Shown piece after piece: positions 52,684 through 61,090 of a stretch of 64,000 bases of DNA. The notes below the pieces were generated by a model. It did no database searches. It was not told the DNA's origin and saw nothing but the letters and a program-made list of their open reading frames with translations. The stretch's first letter is position 1. Every line of letters begins with the position of its first letter. Source of the stretch: Candidatus Omnitrophota bacterium. GTDB lineage: Bacteria > Omnitrophota > Omnitrophia > Omnitrophales > Aquincolibacteriaceae. Location of the stretch: the NCBI GenBank assembly GCA_903856085.1, contig CAIOAT010000003.1, positions 173 through 64,172 of the forward strand, in the 5' to 3' direction. Position numbers and translations under genes: made by a program.

Positions 52684-54602
52684 AAAAAATTCTCCTCGGT
52701 ATCGTCGGTCTCATGATCGTGAGCGGCCCCTTATTTGCGGAAGGCGGGGTGAGCCAGAAAGAGTTGAAGGAATTGATGGGTGACAGCTACATGATCGAGC
52801 AGGATTATGATAGCTCCGTCAAACAGTACAGGGAAGTTCTCGCCAAGGATCCGCAGAATGTAAAGGCCAGGGTGTCGCTCGCGGACGTGTTGAGTTGGCA
52901 GCAAAAATACGAGGAGGCTGTCACGGAATATCTGCAAGCTCTGAAATACCAGGAGACTTCGGAAGAGGCCCTTGAAGTCAAAAAGAAACTGGCGGGTGTT
53001 TATGTCTGGAAGAAAGACTATCTTAAAGCCGAAGCCCTGTATCAGGAACTGATAGCGCAGAATCCGGGCAATTCAAAAGACGCGGTTGCGCTTGCGGAAG
53101 TCTTTTTGCGTCTTGGAAAACCGGAAGCATCCAAGCAATTGTTGCAAGGCGTTTTGGAGAAAGATCCTCAAAATAGGGATGCCAAAATTCTTCTGGGGGA
53201 TGTCTACGCAGAGAACGAAGATTTTAAGAAAGCCCTGGAGCTTTTCCGGGAAGTTCTTGATGCAAAATACGATCGCAAGGTCAAAGCGAAAGTTGGGGAT
53301 GTGCTGAGTTGGACCCGGCACTACCGCGAAGCGCTGAAGATCTACGATGAACTTTTGGTCGAGAAGGATGACAAGGCGTTAAGGATTCAAAAGGCCCGGA
53401 TCCTCGGTTGGGAAAAGGAGTATGGCCGTTCGAGGAAAGAATACCAGGAGATTCTGAGGAGGGGGCCTGATGAGCTTGTGAAAGAGGAAATGGACGCCAA
53501 GGAATTCTACTGGAGAAACAGGGTCAAACGCGCGATCACGGCGTATAAGAAACTGATCAGCAAGGCTCCGGAAAATGCGGAAGCGATGTTTGACCTTAGC
53601 CAGATCTATTCTTACCAGGCCATGTGGCATGAGGCGATCGATCAATACAAGAAACTTCTCGGTGTTTTTGAGGAGCATTCCAGGGCCAAAGAAGGATTGC
53701 AGAAGGCGGAGTTGTTTTTGAGTCACCCCATGCTTACCTCCGGGTATGAATTCTTTAAGGCCCACAGCGGCGCTCGTGGGGTCGATATCCATAAAAATGT
53801 TTTTACAAGCTTGCTCGACATCCCGCTTAATGCGCAGACAGTTTTGGGATTGGGATACAACCTCACCCGGCGGTCCTTTTTGGATTTTCATGATCTGACC
53901 GAGAACCATGCTCGCGTGGCGCTCAGTTATCAGAAAAGTCCCGACTGGTCGACGGGCGCTTTTTTAAATCTGATCACTTACAATCGGAGTGTGGCCCCCG
54001 TCTACGAGTTCGGTGGACAGTTTGCGGTCAGGACCTTTGATGTCGGACAGCTGACGCTTTCGCAGGAACAGCAGCGGCTTGAGAACAACAGCACCGTGAT
54101 CCGTCGCAGGCTCTTTCAGGATAATTTTAAGGTTCGGCAGGACATTGACCTCACAAAACGGTGGAAGGCGGGTACCGATTACACTTTCTCTTATTTCTCT
54201 GACCACAATCGATGCAGCGAAGTGGCGGCGGATACTCTGTATTACTTCTCCCTCGAACCGAGAGCGTTTTATGTGAAATACCGTTATGCCTTCCGCAATT
54301 TCCGGAAGATCGAAACGGACTACTTTTCGCCGCAGGAATATTCCCTCCACACGCTCTCACTGCGGTGGAAACATTTCCTCAATAAAGAGGAGATCTTTTT
54401 TGGCGCGAACGATCTTTATTATGAAGCCGGCTATGACATTTCGTTCGATTCCCAGGGCATTACCAGCCATCAGATCATGGGCGGGCTTACTTGGGATATC
54501 ACCAAGCGTCTTCAGATCAAAGGCGAAGGGCAGTATACGATCGCATCGACAAAGATCTACGAGGACGCAGGGGCCAAGGCCTCTGTAAAATACTTCTTCT
54601 AA
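52680..54602 (+). CDS. Outer-membrane polysaccharide export protein: N-terminal TPR array + C-terminal β-barrel (BcsC/PgaA/PelB/NfrA-like architecture)
   Basis: Signal peptide MKKILLGIVGLMIVSGPLFA, then about 330 aa of TPRs and a ~300 aa C-terminal region with alternating β-strand character. It ends …ASVKYFF, the aromatic C-terminal OMP signature. Confidence 0.6.
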   Translation: MKKILLGIVGLMIVSGPLFAEGGVSQKELKELMGDSYMIEQDYDSSVKQYREVLAKDPQNVKARVSLADVLSWQQKYEEAVTEYLQALKYQETSEEALEVKKKLAGVYVWKKDYLKAEALYQELIAQNPGNSKDAVALAEVFLRLGKPEASKQLLQGVLEKDPQNRDAKILLGDVYAENEDFKKALELFREVLDAKYDRKVKAKVGDVLSWTRHYREALKIYDELLVEKDDKALRIQKARILGWEKEYGRSRKEYQEILRRGPDELVKEEMDAKEFYWRNRVKRAITAYKKLISKAPENAEAMFDLSQIYSYQAMWHEAIDQYKKLLGVFEEHSRAKEGLQKAELFLSHPMLTSGYEFFKAHSGARGVDIHKNVFTSLLDIPLNAQTVLGLGYNLTRRSFLDFHDLTENHARVALSYQKSPDWSTGAFLNLITYNRSVAPVYEFGGQFAVRTFDVGQLTLSQEQQRLENNSTVIRRRLFQDNFKVRQDIDLTKRWKAGTDYTFSYFSDHNRCSEVAADTLYYFSLEPRAFYVKYRYAFRNFRKIETDYFSPQEYSLHTLSLRWKHFLNKEEIFFGANDLYYEAGYDISFDSQGITSHQIMGGLTWDITKRLQIKGEGQYTIASTKIYEDAGAKASVKYFF

Positions 54603-56147
54603 ATGAAAAACAAACAAGAACCGCAATCCAGTATTGTGCTTGAGACGCTCGGGGTTCTCGCGATCCTGGCGGCGATGACGTATTTAATTGTTCGCGGAGT
54701 TCTGCTTGAGCGCGCTAAATACTCCGTAGTGGACGGTATTTTTGCGATCCTTATCCTTTTGGCAGAAGCTTTTATCCTCTTCCATGGCATCGGTTATGCG
54801 GTCGCGATCCTCTGGAGTAAGAAGAAAGCTCGTAGCCTATCGGTTATCTCCCAGGGCATCCCTCCGCTCGCGGAACAGAATCAGCCCTCTGTTGCGATCC
54901 TCATTCCCGCCCGCCACGAACCCAAAGAGGTTCTTGAAAAGACCTTTATCACGGTCGACAACATCGAGTATAAGAACAAGCGGGTTTATTTCCTGGATGA
55001 CAGTATCAAAGAGGAATATCACAAAGAAGCCGAAGAGCTTGCGCGGGAGTATCACCTGACGCTTTTTCGTCGCACCAAGCCATGGCATGGCGCGAAGGCC
55101 GGGATCATTAATGATTTCCTGGAACAAATGACGGAAAAGTACGTGGTGATCTTTGATGCGGACAGTAACCCGATGCCTGATTTCCTCGGGCCACTTGTTC
55201 CGATCATGGAAGCGAACGTGAAACTGGGGTTTGTCCAAACGCCGCAATTTTATACGAATATTGAAGACAGCCGGATCGCGCGGGCGGCGGTACTTCAGCA
55301 GGCAGTTTTTTACGAGTACATCTGCGACGGGAAGGGGATCGTGGATTCGATGTTTTGTTGCGGGACCAACGTGATCTTGCGGGCCAGCGCCCTCAAGGCT
55401 ATCGGAGGGATGGATGAAAGGACGGTGACGGAGGATTTCGCGACCTCTCTCAAGCTTCACACACACGGTTTTTCTTCGCTTTATTACAATCACGTTTGTG
55501 TTTTTGGAATGGGTCCTGAGGATCTGATCGGTTATTTTACGCAGCAGTTCCGTTGGACCGCGGGGACCCTCCAGGTCTTGAGAAGTCTTGTCGCCCAGTT
55601 CTTCACAAAACCTTTTTCGCTCAGCCCAGGGCAATGGTTCCAGTATTTTCTCTCCGGCACTTACTATCTGGTGGGATTTGCGTACTTCATATTGATCCTG
55701 GGGCCTCTTCTTTACATTTTCTTCAGGGTGCCGTCTTTTTTTATCCGACCCGAAGTCTATTTTCTTTTCTTCCTCCCTTACATGTTGTTGTCGACGAGCG
55801 TTTTTTATTTTTCATTACAAAAAAGAAATTATAAACCTCGCGATCTTATGCTCGGGCAGCTTCTGGGGGCATCGAGTTGTTTCGTTTACATGAAAGCCGC
55901 GTTGGCGGCCCTTTTGGGCTTCAAGATTTCATTCGGGGTGACTTCGAAGGCCAAGGGAGGATCGGTATCTCTTCGCGTGATTTGGCCGCAGCTCGCAGTG
56001 ATGGCGGCAACTTTTATCGCGCTGGTGTGGGCCGTGAATCGCTTTGTTTATGAACATGAACCGGCGTTGCTCATCAATGGTTTTTGGACCTTTTACCAGT
56101 TTCTTATCTTTTCCAGCATTTTTTATTTTAACCAAGGATCAAAGTGA
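54603..56147 (+). CDS. Processive family-2 glycosyltransferase, polysaccharide synthase (cellulose-synthase/PgaC-like, no PilZ domain)
   Basis: N-terminal TM helices. Motifs DDS, DADSNP (DxD), TEDF (TED) and QQFRWTAGTL (QxxRW). C-terminal TM helices. Start is adjacent to the upstream stop. Confidence 0.8.
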   Translation: MKNKQEPQSSIVLETLGVLAILAAMTYLIVRGVLLERAKYSVVDGIFAILILLAEAFILFHGIGYAVAILWSKKKARSLSVISQGIPPLAEQNQPSVAILIPARHEPKEVLEKTFITVDNIEYKNKRVYFLDDSIKEEYHKEAEELAREYHLTLFRRTKPWHGAKAGIINDFLEQMTEKYVVIFDADSNPMPDFLGPLVPIMEANVKLGFVQTPQFYTNIEDSRIARAAVLQQAVFYEYICDGKGIVDSMFCCGTNVILRASALKAIGGMDERTVTEDFATSLKLHTHGFSSLYYNHVCVFGMGPEDLIGYFTQQFRWTAGTLQVLRSLVAQFFTKPFSLSPGQWFQYFLSGTYYLVGFAYFILILGPLLYIFFRVPSFFIRPEVYFLFFLPYMLLSTSVFYFSLQKRNYKPRDLMLGQLLGASSCFVYMKAALAALLGFKISFGVTSKAKGGSVSLRVIWPQLAVMAATFIALVWAVNRFVYEHEPALLINGFWTFYQFLIFSSIFYFNQGSK

Positions 56148-57079
56148 AAAGAGCAGCCCCTATTATTTTAGCGTTGGGAGCGTGCGTGCTGTTCGGCTCT
56201 TGTGACGGGCAAAAGGAAAAAGGGTGCTTGACCGGGGCCTTTCTGGCGGATATGCCCAAGGCTGCTTTGATCGAAAAGTTCGCGGTCGATTATGGCAAAC
56301 GGCCGGCTTTCGTACTGATTTTTTTAGATTGGGGAAAGTTTCCAGACGAAACCGTGGTCCGCGATGTCTATGCCAGTGGAAGCATTTTGATGGTGACCTG
56401 GGAACCCTGGCGTGCAGTCCAGAAGGTCGCAATTGATTATGGCGCTCTGCTCAGCGGCAGGGATGACGCGTATATCCGTGACTTTGCGCTGAGGCTGAAA
56501 GCGGTCGGGAAGCCTGTTTTTTTAAGGTTCGCGCATGAGATGAACGGGGACTGGTATCCCTGGTCCGGCCGGAAGCTCGGAAAAGAAACTTATATTGGGA
56601 TGTTCCGGCATATCCGTAAAGTGTTTGACGAAGCCGGTGCCCGCAATGTTCGCTGGGTATTTTCGATCAATGCGGAGAATGTTCCGCCGGAAAATACCTA
56701 TGCCGATTGTTATCCGGGCGACCGTTATGTGGATTATATCGGGCTGGATGGATATAATTGGGGTGCTACCCAGGCATGGAGCCGATGGAGGAGTTTTGAG
56801 GATGTCTTTTCCGGCGTTTATGAAGAGACCGTCCGGCGTTACAAAAAGCCGGTAATTCTTTCGGAATTCAGTTCGTCCTCGGTCGGGGGAGATAAGGTTC
56901 GCTGGATCGATGAGGCGCTTCAAGAAATAAGAAAAATGCCCGCGGTGAAAGGTTTTATTCTTTTTAACATCGACAAAGAGACGGATTGGCGGTTTCCGCC
57001 GGATGCGGCAAGCGGCCAAGAATTAAAGACAGGCCTCAGGAATGCTTATTTTAAGGAAGCCCGAGAAGAGGAGCTTTAA
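56144..57079 (+). CDS. Secreted clan GH-A glycoside hydrolase, family 26-like (β-mannanase-like)
   Basis: Signal peptide or lipobox-like MKRAAPIILALGACVLFGSC. FAHEMNGDWYPW (HEMN acid/base motif of GH26) and …PVILSEFSS (nucleophile Glu region). GTGA overlap with the GT2 stop. Confidence 0.65.
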   Translation: MKRAAPIILALGACVLFGSCDGQKEKGCLTGAFLADMPKAALIEKFAVDYGKRPAFVLIFLDWGKFPDETVVRDVYASGSILMVTWEPWRAVQKVAIDYGALLSGRDDAYIRDFALRLKAVGKPVFLRFAHEMNGDWYPWSGRKLGKETYIGMFRHIRKVFDEAGARNVRWVFSINAENVPPENTYADCYPGDRYVDYIGLDGYNWGATQAWSRWRSFEDVFSGVYEETVRRYKKPVILSEFSSSSVGGDKVRWIDEALQEIRKMPAVKGFILFNIDKETDWRFPPDAASGQELKTGLRNAYFKEAREEEL

Positions 57080-57315
57080 TGACCAAAGACGAACTTATCG
57101 CCCGATTAAACCAACTTCATAACGAAGAAGAACTGGCGATCCCGATCTACACCAAGCATCTGGAGAGCACTTTTTTTCTTTCCCGCATCAAGCCCGAGGC
57201 CAAGAAAGAGATCCAAGAGATGCTTTTGACTTTGGCTATGGAATCGGAAGTGCACGCCCGGATGTTTGATGCCACCATTAAGAAAGTGCAGGAGTCAAAG
57301 CGCGATGTTTACTAA
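57079..57315 (+). CDS. Small helical protein, 'B-type' ExxH domain (78 aa); paralogous to the N-terminus of the REC-YvcK protein
   Basis: MTKDELIARLNQLHNEEELAIPIYTKHLES…EIQEMLLTLAMESEVHARMF aligns with LLLEQLRQLKVADQNALDIYTGLQSK…LVRDELKHVAMEKEIL at 49688. ATG overlaps the upstream stop (TAATG). Confidence 0.5.
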   Translation: MTKDELIARLNQLHNEEELAIPIYTKHLESTFFLSRIKPEAKKEIQEMLLTLAMESEVHARMFDATIKKVQESKRDVY

Positions 57316-57784
57316 AGAAGACTACGATAAATATTTTGAGCAGATCGCGCGTGTGGAGAGAAAAATGATCTACGGGGTTTATGACCTTGGCCGCGAAATC
57401 GATGATCCTTTGATTACGAATGTTTTAAAAAAGATCGGGGATGATGAGGTGCGGCACTATGGTTATGTCCTGAAGATGCTTAAGGCGACCGAAGCGGCAG
57501 GGCAGCTCGAGAATCGCCGTGAGGTCCGGGAGCATTATCTTGGCACAGTTCGTTTGTGGCGTTCTCAGGATCCGTCGCGAGCCGAGATCAGTGCTCGTTG
57601 TGTAAATCTATCAAAGATCGGGATTTGCCTGGAATGCGCAGAGAATCTTTCGTCCTCTGGAGTTTGGGATATCGAGATCCGCTTATTTGATAAAGAAAAA
57701 GTGATCGTTTGTCAGGGGCGGGTCGTTTGGAGCAAAGAGGTGGAGCCGGATTTCCATATCAGCGGAATTGAATTCAATGCGTGA
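57305..57784 (+). CDS. PilZ-domain c-di-GMP receptor with N-terminal 'A-type' helical domain
   Basis: C-terminal PilZ motifs: RREVR (RxxxR), then 28 aa later NLSKIG (D/NxSxxG), then …GRVVWSKE…GIEF. The N-terminal 70 aa are paralogous to 49459..49698. The ATG at 57305 overlaps the previous stop. Confidence 0.7.
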   Translation: MFTKEDYDKYFEQIARVERKMIYGVYDLGREIDDPLITNVLKKIGDDEVRHYGYVLKMLKATEAAGQLENRREVREHYLGTVRLWRSQDPSRAEISARCVNLSKIGICLECAENLSSSGVWDIEIRLFDKEKVIVCQGRVVWSKEVEPDFHISGIEFNA

Positions 57785-57862
57785 AGTTTTTTTCGAGCAC
57801 GGATCCCCCCTGATCATTAACATGAATCAGGCCTCCCGGGAGTATTTCCCTCTATTTTAATC

Positions 57863-58315
57863 ATGAGAAAAAATAAGAGCATTCGATTCATGCAGGAAGC
57901 AATCCATGAGGCCCGGAAGGGGCTAAGGGAAGGGGGTATCCCCATCGGATCGGTGCTCGTTAAAGACGGAAAGATCATTGGCCGTGGGCATAACCGCAGG
58001 ATCCAAAAAGGCTCAGCCATTCTTCATGCGGAAATGGATTGCCTGGAAAATGCCGGTCGCCTCAAGGCCAAGGATTATCAGAAGTGCGTGATCTATTCGA
58101 CGCTTTCGCCGTGCGACATGTGCACCGGGGCCATTCTCCTTTATAAGATTCCCGTTGTAGTCATTGGGGAGAACAAGACCTTCAAAGGCCCCGAGGTTCA
58201 TTCCAAGAAGCGCGGCGTGAAATTGATCAATCTAAACCTTCTTGAATGCAAAAAAATGATGAAGGATTTCATCGCGGCCAAGCCCAAACTCTGGAATGAA
58301 GATATCGGAGAATAA
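57863..58315 (+). CDS. Cytosine deaminase, CDA-fold (yeast Fcy1-like)
   Basis: HAEMDC…TLSPCDMCTGAILLYKIPVVVIGEN…ECKKMMKDFIAAKPKLWNEDIGE. Zinc ligands H/C/C and a C-terminal tail closely resemble my recollection of S. cerevisiae Fcy1. Confidence 0.65.
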   Translation: MRKNKSIRFMQEAIHEARKGLREGGIPIGSVLVKDGKIIGRGHNRRIQKGSAILHAEMDCLENAGRLKAKDYQKCVIYSTLSPCDMCTGAILLYKIPVVVIGENKTFKGPEVHSKKRGVKLINLNLLECKKMMKDFIAAKPKLWNEDIGE

Positions 58316-58321
58316 CGTTCT

Positions 58322-58684
58322 ATGTTTATCCGTCAACTCAAAGATTGTCCGGAATTCGTTGCGGGGGATGCCTGCCATCTCCGCGAACTTCTGAACGCCA
58401 AGACCGATAAGCGTGCTTACCGCTATAGTTTGGCTCACGCCATTGTGAGGCCTGGCATCAAGACAAAACCTCATTCTTTGAAGACGTCGGAAGTTTATTA
58501 CATCCTCGAAGGGCAAGGGCGCATGCATGTGGATCATGAGACCGCAGAAGTGGGTCTCGGGGCTGTGATCGATATTCCTCCGCACTCAGCTCAATGGATT
58601 GAAAATATTGGTAAAGTTGATCTTGCTTTTCTCTGCATCGTTGATCCCGCTTGGTGTGCGGCGGATGAGAAAGTTTTAAAATGA
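58322..58684 (+). CDS. Cupin-domain protein
   Basis: β-barrel region with the conserved cupin His/Glu pattern (…SEVYYILEGQGRMHVDHE…IENIGK…). Confidence 0.5.
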   Translation: MFIRQLKDCPEFVAGDACHLRELLNAKTDKRAYRYSLAHAIVRPGIKTKPHSLKTSEVYYILEGQGRMHVDHETAEVGLGAVIDIPPHSAQWIENIGKVDLAFLCIVDPAWCAADEKVLK

Positions 58685-58754
58685 AATCCATTTTTTAAAA
58701 GTTCTTTAATACGGGCCGATTCACATATACTTCATCCTCAGGAGAGGACATTTT

Positions 58755-59582
58755 ATGTACCCCATTCTTGAAAAGAAAAATCTGAACAACAATGTGGAAG
58801 AAATGGTGATCCTTGCGCCCTATGTCGCGAGGCATTGCGAGCCGGGCCAGTTCATCATCCTTCGTGTGGATGCGGAAGGGGAGCGCGTTCCCCTTACTAT
58901 TGCGGAATATGACCGTCAGAGGGGCTCGGTTTCTATCATCTATCAGGTGGCTGGCTACACGACCCGGAAACTTAGTGAGAAAAAAGTGGGGGAAGGGATC
59001 GAGGATTTTGTGGGCCCTCTGGGTCAGCCCACGGAACTTCATCCCCTCAAGCGCGTGATCGGGATCGGCGGTGGAGTCGGAGCGGCGCCGCTTTACCCCC
59101 AACTCAAGCGGCTAAGTGAGATGGGGACTTCGGTGGACGTTATCCTCGGAGCGCGCAGCAAAGATTTTATTATCCTCGAAGAAAAGTTCTCTAAGTTCTG
59201 CAAGAATGTTTATGTGACGACCGATGACGGAAGTTATGGGGTCAAGGGCCTTGTCACCGAGAAGCTCAAGGCGCTTGTTGAAGCGGGTGAAAAATATGAT
59301 GAGGTCATTGCGATCGGGCCTGTGATCATGATGAAATTCGTGAGCCTTCTGACCAAGCCGTGGGGTCTGAAGACCAATGTCTCTTTAAATCCCATCATGG
59401 TGGACGGGACTGGCATGTGCGGGGGGTGCCGCGTGACGGTTGGGGGGCAAACAAAATTCGCCTGTGTCGACGGGCCGGATTTTGACGGTCATCAGGTGGA
59501 TTATGATGAATTGATGCGGCGACAGAGCATGTATAAAACGGAAGAAGCCCATTCCTGCAAGATCGGCTTGAAGGCAGCTTAA
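58755..59582 (+). CDS. nfnA: NADH-dependent reduced ferredoxin:NADP+ oxidoreductase subunit A (NfnA / SudB; PyrK-like FAD/NAD(P) + [2Fe-2S])
   Basis: PyrK-like ferredoxin-reductase fold plus a C-terminal MVDGTGMCGGCRV…FACVDGP cluster motif. Confidence 0.75.
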   Translation: MYPILEKKNLNNNVEEMVILAPYVARHCEPGQFIILRVDAEGERVPLTIAEYDRQRGSVSIIYQVAGYTTRKLSEKKVGEGIEDFVGPLGQPTELHPLKRVIGIGGGVGAAPLYPQLKRLSEMGTSVDVILGARSKDFIILEEKFSKFCKNVYVTTDDGSYGVKGLVTEKLKALVEAGEKYDEVIAIGPVIMMKFVSLLTKPWGLKTNVSLNPIMVDGTGMCGGCRVTVGGQTKFACVDGPDFDGHQVDYDELMRRQSMYKTEEAHSCKIGLKAA

Positions 59583-59583
59583 G

Positions 59584-60981
59584 ATGGCGCCTAACATGAG
59601 CCTCAAGAAAGTTCCCATCCCAGAGCAGGCACCTCAGGAGCGGATCAAGAATTTTAGGGAGGTCGCTTTGGGTTATACGCCGGAGCAGGCCAAAGAAGAA
59701 GCTCTCCGGTGTCTGCAGTGCAAGCCCCGTCCTTGTGTGGCGGGTTGTCCGGTCAATGTTAAGATTCCTGAATTTATTAAAAAAGTGGCTGAAGGGGATT
59801 TTGATGAGGCTTTCCGCATCCTCGTGAGCGAGAATTGTCTTCCCGCGGTTTGCGGCCGTGTATGCCCGCAGGAAACCCAATGCGAGATCCTCTGTGTTCG
59901 TGGTAAAAAAGGAGAGCCCGTGGCGATCGGCCGTCTGGAACGTTTTGTGGCGGATCACGCGATGGAGCATATGACGCAGGAGATTCCCGAGATCAAAAAG
60001 AACGGCATCAAAGTCGCGATCGCTGGAGGAGGGCCGGCCGGACTTACTTGTGCCGGAGAGCTCGCACGCATGGGGTACGATGTGACAATCTTTGAGGCGC
60101 TTCACGCTTTAGGCGGTGTCTTGATGTACGGGATCCCGGAATTTCGGTTGCCGAAAAGGCTTGTTGCCAAAGAGATCGCGAATGCTCTTAATCTGGGTGT
60201 CAGGATCGAGAAAAATGTGATCATCGGAAAATCGATCAAGGTGGATGAACTTTTCACGGAAGGTTTTCGAGCTGTTTTTATCGGATGCGGTGCCGGTCTC
60301 CCTTCGTTCATGAAAATCGAAGGGGAGAATCTAAACGGTGTTTATTCCGCCAATGAATTTCTGACACGCGCCAATCTGATGAAAGCCTATGATTTCCCGA
60401 ATGTTCCGACACCGGTTAAGATCGGAAAACGAGTTGCGGTGGTCGGCGGCGGGAATGTAGCCATGGACGCGGCTCGAACCGCCAAGCGTCTTGGGGCGGA
60501 AGAAGTTTATATTGTTTACCGCCGGAGTGAAACCGAACTTCCGGCTCGCGCGGAGGAGGTTCATCATGCGAAAGAGGAGGGGATCATTTTTCGGCTTCTT
60601 CGAAATCCCGTGAAGATCCTAGGGAAAGAGGGTTGGGTCACAGGAATGGAGTGCGTGGAAATGGAGCTGGGAGAACCCGATGAGTCCGGTCGCCGGCGTC
60701 CTGTTGTGAAGAAAGGAAGCAATTTTGATTTTCCGGTCGAGACGGTCATCATTGCGATTGGCGGAACTCCCAACCCTTTAATCCGACAGACCACGCCGGG
60801 GCTCGAAGTGCAGAAATGGGGCGGTATTATCGTCGACGAAGCAACCATGAAAACTTCCAAGGACGGTGTTTATGCCGGCGGCGATATCGTAACCGGAGCC
60901 GCGACTGTGATCCTCGCCATGGGGGCTGGAAAAAAAGCCGCCCAAGCGATCCACGGAGCTCTACAGAAAAAAACGCAGTAA
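59584..60981 (+). CDS. nfnB: NfnB / glutamate-synthase small-subunit-like (GltD-like) NADPH oxidoreductase
   Basis: N-terminal 2×[4Fe-4S] Cys clusters (CLQCKPRPCVAGCPV…; CGRVCPQETQCE), then Rossmann KVAIAGGGPAGLTCAGELARMGYDVTIFEA and a second GGGNVAMD site. Starts 2 nt after nfnA. Confidence 0.8.
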   Translation: MAPNMSLKKVPIPEQAPQERIKNFREVALGYTPEQAKEEALRCLQCKPRPCVAGCPVNVKIPEFIKKVAEGDFDEAFRILVSENCLPAVCGRVCPQETQCEILCVRGKKGEPVAIGRLERFVADHAMEHMTQEIPEIKKNGIKVAIAGGGPAGLTCAGELARMGYDVTIFEALHALGGVLMYGIPEFRLPKRLVAKEIANALNLGVRIEKNVIIGKSIKVDELFTEGFRAVFIGCGAGLPSFMKIEGENLNGVYSANEFLTRANLMKAYDFPNVPTPVKIGKRVAVVGGGNVAMDAARTAKRLGAEEVYIVYRRSETELPARAEEVHHAKEEGIIFRLLRNPVKILGKEGWVTGMECVEMELGEPDESGRRRPVVKKGSNFDFPVETVIIAIGGTPNPLIRQTTPGLEVQKWGGIIVDEATMKTSKDGVYAGGDIVTGAATVILAMGAGKKAAQAIHGALQKKTQ

Positions 60982-61058
60982 AACCTGCCAGCTGTATTCG
61001 TGCAGATTTTCGAGAGGTATTTGACATTTGGATGAAAAGTAATAGGATATCTTCTCAA

Positions 61059-61076
61059 TTGTTCTAAATTTCACAA
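61059..61076 (+). promoter_or_regulatory. Candidate Rex-type operator (TTGTTCTAAATTTCACAA) upstream of the nuoE-like gene
   Basis: The right half-site TTCACAA is perfect. The left half TTGTTCT matches 4/7 of the Rex consensus TTGTGAAnnnnTTCACAA. It contains the inverted repeat CTAAATT/AATTTAG, 15 nt before the start codon. A TTGACA lies at 61021-61026. Confidence 0.25.
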
Positions 61077-61090
61077 TTTAGAGAGGCCGG

